DNA of 64,000 bases from Chrysomallon squamiferum (lineage: Eukaryota > Animalia > Mollusca), in contig CM022674.1 of the NCBI GenBank assembly GCA_012295275.1, positions 6,572,001-6,636,000 of the forward strand, in the 5' to 3' direction. This document shows positions 55,143 through 64,000 of this stretch, piece by piece (position 1 is the first letter of the stretch; every line of letters starts with the position of its first letter). A program made the translations under genes and the position numbers. The notes below the pieces were generated by a model. That model saw only the letters and a list, made by a program, of their open reading frames with translations, searched no databases and had not been told where the DNA came from.

Positions 55143-58100
55143 TAATAATAATAATAATAATAATAATAATTTGATAATAATGATGATGATAATAATAATA
55201 ATAATAATAATGATGATGATGATGATAATAATAAAAAATTATATGAATGTTTACTTCATATGGAAAAAATAATTTCATCATCTAGATAAACTACATCTGT
55301 CTGAAATAGAATTATAAATATGAAAATAAACATAAAATTAATAAACTAAAACAATGTGATTAAAGTTTGCTTCAGATCAAAGTACACAAGTAATCTAAAA
55401 AGTGTATTTAATATTTTGAAAGTAATAAATTGAATATTAATTTGTTGTTTCAGGTGAATGTTATTTTAGTAAAAAAAATTATTTCAGAAAAATTGTAAAT
55501 CAGCCAATTTCTCATCCAGCCCTTATACACAAATTCTCAAAAAATATTAAAAAATTAAACAGAATAAACAAGTAAAGAGCAATTAATCCCTTAAAAAAAA
55601 AAAAAAAAATTATATTTATTTTGTCTTTGTACATTTAGATATATGGCATTCATTTGTTTTAAAAATACAGAAATAATACAGAAGCAAAATGAAAGAGGAT
55701 TACCATGGAAACCAGTAGCTGAGCCTGGAGATTTAGGGGTGCGTTTTCTCACTTTCAAAATTGAATGCGGAGTTCTTTGTACGGGCTGAACCAGAGACTT
55801 GCCTCTCGACTTCCTTCGAACTTCAGGTGTGCTTAACATAATCAAAGTGTCAGCAGTGCGAATCTTTGATTTTCTGTAAATAAAAGTGAAAAAAAATGTA
55901 ATAATATATAATTAATTTTACCACATTGTCCATCTTTTTAAAAACAAAAAAAAAAAATTAAAAAAATGATAAAATTTTAAAATTATAAAATGAAAAAAAA
56001 ACCATGTCAGATATGTTTGTTTAGAATAATCTGAGTTTATCTCAGATTTTCATAAATGTACAACAATAATAAAAAATAAAATTAAAATTAAACAAATTTA
56101 AAAATAATAATAATTAACTATTTTCTAATAAATTTTCTAAGGTGAAAGAAAGATTTAAAAAAAAATGTATATTAGTATATTATGAGAGAGTGAAAGAGAT
56201 ACAGGTCACACCCACCCACCCACACACACACACACAAACACTCATATAGAGAGAAAGACTGACAGACACACAAATACAAATGACTATGGATGAAAAAGAA
56301 ATTTATTTTGTATGCTTTTTACCCAAAACATAACAAAAAAACCCCCACCAAAACATAGATGACTGATTAAATTAAGATATATAAAAATTTCTACGTCAGT
56401 AACAAACCTGATGTCTTTAGATCTGATGGGAGATCCAAAGTCACAGACATCTTCATCACTCCGCTTCACACTGGGACACACAACATCCGACACATGACTG
56501 GAAATTGAGTTAAAGAAAATTAATTAATTAATTACAGTAATCTAATAATTATTATTATTTATAGTATTAATAAATCACAGAAATTGCAAAAAATAAATAA
56601 AATAAAAATAATAACAAATAATACTAATAAAAACAACTGAATCATATTTACAAATATTTAAAATTAGAGTAATTATTATTCGTATTATAAATAAATCACA
56701 GAAACTGCATAAGCAAAAAATAAATAAAATAAAAATAATAATAAATAATACTAATAATAAAACAAGTGAATCATATTTAGAAATAACTAAAAAGCTTAAA
56801 TACATTTTTTTTTTCTAAATCAATAATCATTACTTTTTTTTTGATTGAAAATTAATAATAAAAACCAAAATATATTATTTATGAATAAGTTAAAAAAAGA
56901 AACAAAAAAGAAGAAAAAGATCTGATAAAAGAACAGTAAATGAAATAAAAATAAAACAAAATGCCTTATAGTCATTCCTTTGCCATGATCAGTGGAACTG
57001 TAATGTACTGATCCTAATATTCATATGCAAATTTTATTTAACTGAATCAATATTCAAAAATGGAAACTAAACTATAAATTATCAAAAGAAAAGTAATATG
57101 ACTTAGTCAAAAATATTTTAAACAAACAAAAGCTCTTTAATAAATCTTTACATGGCAATAATATCTTCATTTACATAAAGAGATTAAGAAACTTCCAGAA
57201 CTACAATTTATCCACTTCTTTGTTTGTTTCTCTTTTAAAAAATAAAATAATAATAATTACCTCAGTCTTGACTTCTTTCTTGGGGTAACAGGAGTTCGAA
57301 GAAAAGGTCCCAAATCTTTCTCTGTTTCAACTCTGCCAAACAACACAACATATATTGAAGGTAATATAAGTTGTTTATATATATATATATATATATATAT
57401 AGCCTTAGAAGTACAAAACACTGCATAAAAGAATGTAGTATTATATTATAATTAAAAACATAATTTAAAATTACAATTAAGCATTTATTTTAACTGGACA
57501 CATAATAATCCTTTTTAAGTGAAAAGAACAAAAAAAACCATTTAAACTGTTATTACAAAAATCATAAGATAAATTTTGTGAAACATCTTAAGTAAAATGC
57601 CTCTAAAGTAACCTTAATTATTGTTATTAAAATACTGCTATTTAAAATTAAATAAACGAACAAATAAACATTTTAAAATTAATTCTTCACCTCTCTTCTG
57701 ATTCGTCCTCTGAAGACTGAATCTCGTGCACTTTCCGCATGTAGCTGAGAATTAGTCTAGAAAACGACTGAACCTGAGACGGTTCTGACTTCCGCACCAC
57801 GGTAGACAAAGGGCGTGGTCTTTTCACTGCCAGAGAAAAATATTAATAAACTTTGTAGCACAAAGAATGATGATTAAAAACACAAAACAAATCAAATAAA
57901 GAAATGATTAACAGAATTAAATGTTAAGTTTCTTATTTATATTTTTGGGGTCCCTTCTGCAAGTATTGGTTTAAATAAATAAAGAAAAAAGTATTTCTCA
58001 AGCAGACAAAGACCAAAGAATTATTATTATTATTATTACTATTTTTTATTATTTTTAAAGATATTTAAAAAAAAAACACAAAACATTTTATTTTAAATTT

Positions 58101-60056
58101 TTCAAAATCTACTGCATTATACAAGCAATTTTTTTGAAAAGATTATTTTTATCTCTATGTTCAAATAAATACTAATTATCTTATTATTTTTTAAATCTCA
58201 ACTATTTTATTCAAATGATTTGATTTTATTAAAAAAATATGTTTTAATGTTTTTTTTTTTCATCTTTGAATGTTACCCTCGTGGATGGTAACATTTTGTG
58301 CTATTGGTATTCAAATTTTTAAGTTATTAAATTAAAACAGTTGTTTTATGTGTTTATTTTTCACTCGTGGATGGTGGGAATTCATTAGCTAATTATTCAA
58401 ATTTTTTGGATTTGTTATTAAATTAAAAAGTTGTTTTATGTGTTTATTTTTCAAAAAATCGTGGATGGTGGGAATTCATTAGCTACTATTATTCAAATTT
58501 TTTGGATTTGTTATTAAATTAAAAAAGTTGTTTTAATGTGTTTATTTTTCAACTTACCGTGAATTCTCTGCTCGTGGATGGTGGGAATTCATTAGCTACT
58601 ATTATTCAAATTTTTTGGATTTGTTATTAAATTAAAAAAGTTGTTTTAAAAAAATGGTGGGAATTCATTAGCTACTATTATTCAAATTATTTGGATATGT
58701 TATTAAATTAAAAAAGTTGTTTTAATGTGTTTATTTTTCAACTTACCGTGAATTCTCTGCTCATGGATGGTGGGAATTCATTAGCTACTATTATTCAAAT
58801 TATTTGGATATGTTATTAAATTAAAAAAGTTGTTTTAATGTGGGAATCTCTGCTCGTGGATGGTGGGAATTTCTGGTGTTTCTTTAATCAGTCGACGTTG
58901 AGATTCGGGCAAAAGTCGAGTGTAACCATCAACAATCATATTCCTTGTCACAGCTCTCTCCCTTAGCATGGAGTTCTTCTCAGTCTGAGGAAGAAAAATT
59001 AAATTTTGAAAAATCTCAAATTTTGAAATTTTGTATATTTACCTTTAAATTTACTATATATTAATTTAAAAAATTAAATAATAATAATAATAATTTTAAA
59101 ATATTACTTCATTTGTCTCCACTGTTATTATTTTAAGGATTTACGATGGACTTTTTACATTATATAATGAAAATATTAAATTAAACAAATTATTATGTAA
59201 ATAATGATTATAAAAAGAACAAGAGGTGCAATGTAAAACGTATTTATTTAATTGCTGATTTATTTATTTATTTATTACTATTGTAGTTAGGTGAGTTTTT
59301 GTTTTTTTTGTTGTGGCTTCACCTGCAGATATATTGTTCCAAATATGAAAAAGCATCATACAATTTTATTTTTGTTAAAGTAGTTAGACTTTTCTTATCT
59401 TAATGAAAAGTCTAATTACTCTGAACAAAAAATTAAAATAAAATAAACAGAGCAAGATTTTAAATACAACAGATCATGACAAGACATTACTTCAAACATG
59501 TTACTTCCTAACAAAAAAAAGAGCTGTGTTTATAATGTTTATACATTAAATGATCAGTAACACAAAACTATTAACATTGCACTGTGTGTGTTTTCAAGTT
59601 AAACTGTGAATACATGAAGATTACTTACAATGGCTGATAGTCGGAGTTTCTCGTTTAGTCGGATGGCCTCAATGTATCGAGCTCTCTGCAAGTAATGCAT
59701 GACAAGAATTTCCTGACTCTCAGTATTCTGTGACAAGAAAGACACCAGGTGGCGCTCCTCAATATCGGTCAGTGGTAACTGTAGCAACTGATCTAGTAAC
59801 TTCACTAAAATAAAAAAAAATAAAAAACAAAAAAACATCAATTTTAATTTCCCTTCTGATTTTACTTTTATATTATTTTATTTTTTATTTATTTATTTAT
59901 TTATTTTTAATATGGAAAGAAAATAGTTACTAAAATATAAAATTCACAACAATAGATAGATAAATAAATATATAAATAAATAAATTAATGTTCTGGACTA
60001 ACATATTTTATCAATTTTTAAATACTAAGAAAAACATTATTTTAAAAATATGGTAG

Positions 60057-60097
<41 letters not shown>

Positions 60098-61326
60098 GGA
60101 ATACTAATATTTATATAAACAGTATTAGTATAAATACAATAATAAAAACAAATAGAAGTAATATTAATAGTAATAATAAAATAACTGTAATAGCAAGAAT
60201 AGTATCAGCAGTAACATTATAATAATATCAATAGTCACAATATCAAAAACATCATTATAATAATAGCAATATCAACAAAATTACAAAATAATATTAACAA
60301 TAATAATAATAACAAATTATTAATAATGATAAGAAGAAAAGCAGCAGTAACATACAATAATAATAACAAAAACAAGTTTGTACATACTTTGCTGACAGCC
60401 TAGGAAAAGATGAGACAACAGATCTGTCATGTTTCTCCTGTTCCGACAACTTCGCTGAAAGCTGAATGCTTCTGTTGTCAAACTGTGAAAACCAAATAAA
60501 CAACAAACTTTCATTCACCGTAGAAAAGTTTCATATATCACATACACATTAATATCAGAAACAAAATTCTTATTCCAAATCATATTAATCAAAACAGATT
60601 CTTGTACTATGGAAACGATGTCAGTAATATATGATCAAGCAGATCTACTAAAAGTTGGAGATTCAAATTTTCTTAATAAATAAAAAGAATTCACTAGCTG
60701 GTTAGAAGAACTGTAAGTTTCATATTCACTAAGTAAGAAATTAAAATTTTTAAATATATTATTTTTTTTTTTACCCCTTAACTAAAACAACAGTAAGTTT
60801 CAATTTCAAGATAGAAATTAATTTTGTTTTAATATATAAAATTTATTCTACCCACTGGCTAGAAGTAAGTTTCAGCATACATATATATATATATATTAAT
60901 TTATTTTACTCTCTGGCTAAAAGAAGGGTAAATTTTAACTTCATTAAGTTAGAAATAAAAAATGTTTAACTATTTAAAATTTACTGAAGCCTTTGGCTGG
61001 AAGTAAGTCTTAACTAAAGTATGTTAAAGATTCAAATATTAAATTGTATATTCAATTTTTTTTATTTATTTAACTAAGTTAGATATTCAATTTTTTTATT
61101 TAAATAACTAGAAATATGTATTGTACCCATTGGCTAGCAGAACAGTTAATTTCAGCTTCACTTGTTCGGGAGTGAGGATTGGTACATTTTTGCTGGTCAT
61201 GTAACGCAGTGCCATCTTGTGTTCACCGTGATACAGAAATGATTTTATGATTCGAGTGTGCTGCCATGGCCCGATCTCACGTCCCTGGGCAGGCTCAAAG
61301 AACTTCTGAAAGGCTTCCTGAACATA

Positions 61327-61365
<39 letters not shown>

Positions 61366-62001
61366 AAATAAATCAATAAATAATATGAATAAATAAATGA
61401 ATAAAAATACTTCTGGAAGTCTTCCTGAACATAAATAAATAAATAAATAATATGAATAAAAATAAATAAATAAATAAATAAGAATAAAAAATGATAAAAA
61501 AAAAAATGAGATGAACTGATAAAATACTACTAATAATTCTATATTATCTTTCAACTTTTAATACTAATATTCCTACAGTTTTACATTTAAATATTTTTAA
61601 TGAATAGTATGTAAATTATTTTCAAATCATATAAATAGAACATATAAATATCTTTTTGATTTAAAAAAAAATTAAAATAAACAAATGTATTATAAATTGT
61701 GAAAATGATAACATTAAAATCATCATTTTTTCTTCCTAAAAAATACACAACAAAACAAGATTAGATATAAAATCTGTAAAATTGTTAATCAAATTGTTAA
61801 ATGGTGATCAACTAAATATTATTATTTTTTTGAATTTCAGAAAATTCTATATGAAAATCCTTTTATAATAAAAACAGTAAATATCTAAAATTGTATTTGT
61901 TACTTTTCAATCTGTGCAAAAATTTTGATTCAATTTGAAGCTATTTCTTCACCTTTTCAAATAATAATGATAACAACAATAATAATAATAGTAATAATAA
62001 T

Positions 62002-62064
<63 letters not shown>

Positions 62065-63904
62065 CATAATAATAATAGTAATAAAAACACTTACATTAAA
62101 GTCTTGGTTATCAATCAGACAGAAGCCACTGATTTGCTTAAGAAGGTCAAGAATTCCAAATGTCTTAGCAAACTCAGCAACCTTGTTGGAGAACTGAAAC
62201 ACAGAGACAAAACTACAACATCCCACACAGAGACTGAGCTAGACCAGGTTTTAGTTAAACTTCATTCATTTCTTTATAAATTCTAAATTACTTTTAATTA
62301 AAATAAAGTCCAGAAAACATTTATATACCCCCAAAAAATAAAAAAAAAAAAAAAAAAAATAAAACTTGTTTACTCGTTGGTAAATAACAATATAATAAGA
62401 GTAATTTAGTTAGGAGGAAGGAATCTTTTTACATTCAGACAGGACGGAGAGCATATACAAAGAATTAGTCAACAATTCACTATCTTCTACTTATTTTCAT
62501 CATCAGAAACTAAGTCAGCTGCTTCTGTTCATTCCCATGTTAGCATGTAACTGATGTAGATATTCCATTTACACATACACAAATTTAGAGAATACACAAA
62601 AGTTTTCTTAAACAGCAAAACAAAAAAAAAAAAAAAAAAAATAAACTAAAACTCTCAGGCAGTTCTTCCTTCTGCAGACAAAATGTCTTTAATCCAACAC
62701 ACCAAATCCCAAGTTTTCAAAAAAACAATACAATACTCACATGTTGCTGCTCTTTCTCTGGCAAAATCAACATGATGTCAAACAACATGTACAGGACAAC
62801 AGCGTGTTTCTTATCTAGAGACACATCCAGCAACAGGTAGACAGCTAGCAGTGCCTGCAGGAAGTGAAAACATTTCTATTTTGTTATTTTCTATCTATGT
62901 GTAGTTTTAAGTCTTTATTTCTAGCCATTTCTGGATTTTTTTTTTGGCATTAATGAATGTCTTAATGTTCTCTGAAACTCCCAAAATTATTAAGCATGAC
63001 TGTTGATATTAAAATTTCAGTAATTAAATATTCTTATCTTCTATACATTTTAAAGAAATCTCACTGACTCTAATAACTGTAGGGGCTTTGATTTTTGTTG
63101 TATTTTTTTTTTTTTTTTTTTTTTTTGTATCTTGAACAACAACAACAAAACAAATAATCTAAAAATTAACACATTTACGTATTTAGAAGTAAAAAAAATT
63201 AGTTTTTCGACTTACATGAAGACTAGGAGGTGGGTAGAGTCCATTCCCACCCTCACGTTTCCACACAGCAGTGAGTTCCTGGCCGCAGCATTTAACCAAC
63301 CCATCAATGAGAAGTAACTCTGTTCCCTTCATCTCACTGAAACAGAAAAACACTTCAAATAACACACTACACACATCAACACAGTGTGATGTAATTTCAT
63401 TAAAACCTTTCCTTGTTAACTGCAGAAAACACCATGACTTTTAAATTTAAAACAAAATAACAAATTATAAAAATGAACAGATTGTGAAATAATTTCATTA
63501 ACCTTTTCCCTGTTGACTACAGAAAACAGATTTACACCTTGACTTTTAAGTTTTCATTTCTCCTACAGTGACAAATTAGCAGTCATGGTTCACTGATTGT
63601 AACACAGTCTTGTAACTCTATTTTCATCAGTCCAGATAGTGCCAGAATATCTTCTACCATAGTTTAAATTTTTCATTAATTCAACTTAATAGTCTGCTAT
63701 TTATTTATTTTATTTATTTTATTTATTTATTATATTATTTAATAATTAATTTAAAAAAACAAACAAGGATGCTGACAACATCATCGCTGATGTTATTTCT
63801 GTCTCACCTCTGCAGCTGTCGTATGGCAGAGCGACGAGTGTCGTAGATACGTTCCAACTTGCAGTATGGATAACAGAACAATGAACTTGTGTCAGATACC
63901 ACAT
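47634..63904 (-). CDS. AHCTF1: Protein ELYS (nucleoporin / AT-hook-containing transcription factor 1), 5'-partial
   Basis: Exons 63904-63808, 63336-63216, 62854-62741, 62193-62095, 61317-61127, 60482-60388, 59804-59629, 58984-~58845, 57826-57691, 57332-57261, 56497-56408, 55873-55704, 55051-54706, 54233-54091, 52517-51229, 50790-50591, 50249-50148, ~49698-49599, 49289-49227, 48571-48362, 47778-47634. ELYS motifs LLIDGLV..WKREGGNGLYPPPSLHALL, LLQLPLTDIEE, YLQRARYIEA, RPRPLST; PP1-docking-like SILK and KQLRF; C-terminal AT-hook KPRGRPKK. Confidence 0.88.
52580..54133. repeat. 79-bp minisatellite, ~19-20 copies, filling an ELYS intron
   Basis: Unit cacctaattctacagtctgtgttttagtaaagttgaaggtaattttaataaaataatttaaaatttactctgttttaca; a variant unit recurs at 52655, 53206, 53677 and 53991. 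Confidence 0.95.
58275..58870. repeat. Degenerate ~75-110 bp tandem repeat derived from an ELYS exon end plus donor
   Basis: The core (c)tcgtggatggtgggaattcattagctactattattcaaat recurs about 7 times; copies at ~58553 and ~58742 carry cttaccgtgaattctctgct. Confidence 0.85.
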
Positions 63905-64000
63905 CTGTACATAAGTAAATAAATTAATTATTAAACAAATAAAATAAATAAATAAATAAATAAAAATATAAATAAATAAATAAATAAATAAAAAGTAAAT

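Overview
AT-rich, microsatellite-laden animal genomic DNA with spliceosomal introns (invertebrate; a gastropod mollusc is my inference, not shown). Six genes: the 5' part of an ARHGEF10/10L-like RhoGEF (-, runs off the left edge); two tandem two-exon XXYLT1 (GT8 xyloside xylosyltransferase) paralogs (+); an intron-poor ~2440-aa type I PKS, KS-AT-DH-cMT-ER-KR-ACP with no thioesterase (-); a ZFP91/ZNF653-family C2H2 zinc-finger gene (+); and the 3' part of ELYS/AHCTF1 (-, runs off the right edge). Main lead: the PKS sits beside the duplicated xylosyltransferase. One copy is canonical, while the other keeps the donor/metal residues but has changed three acceptor-binding positions (W->E, H->F, W->F), making this a candidate animal polyketide-glycoside mini-cluster. 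The PKS has three 1-nt frameshifts, but essential ELYS shows similar lesions, so assembly error is more likely than pseudogenisation. Several introns are built from duplications of their own exon end plus splice site.
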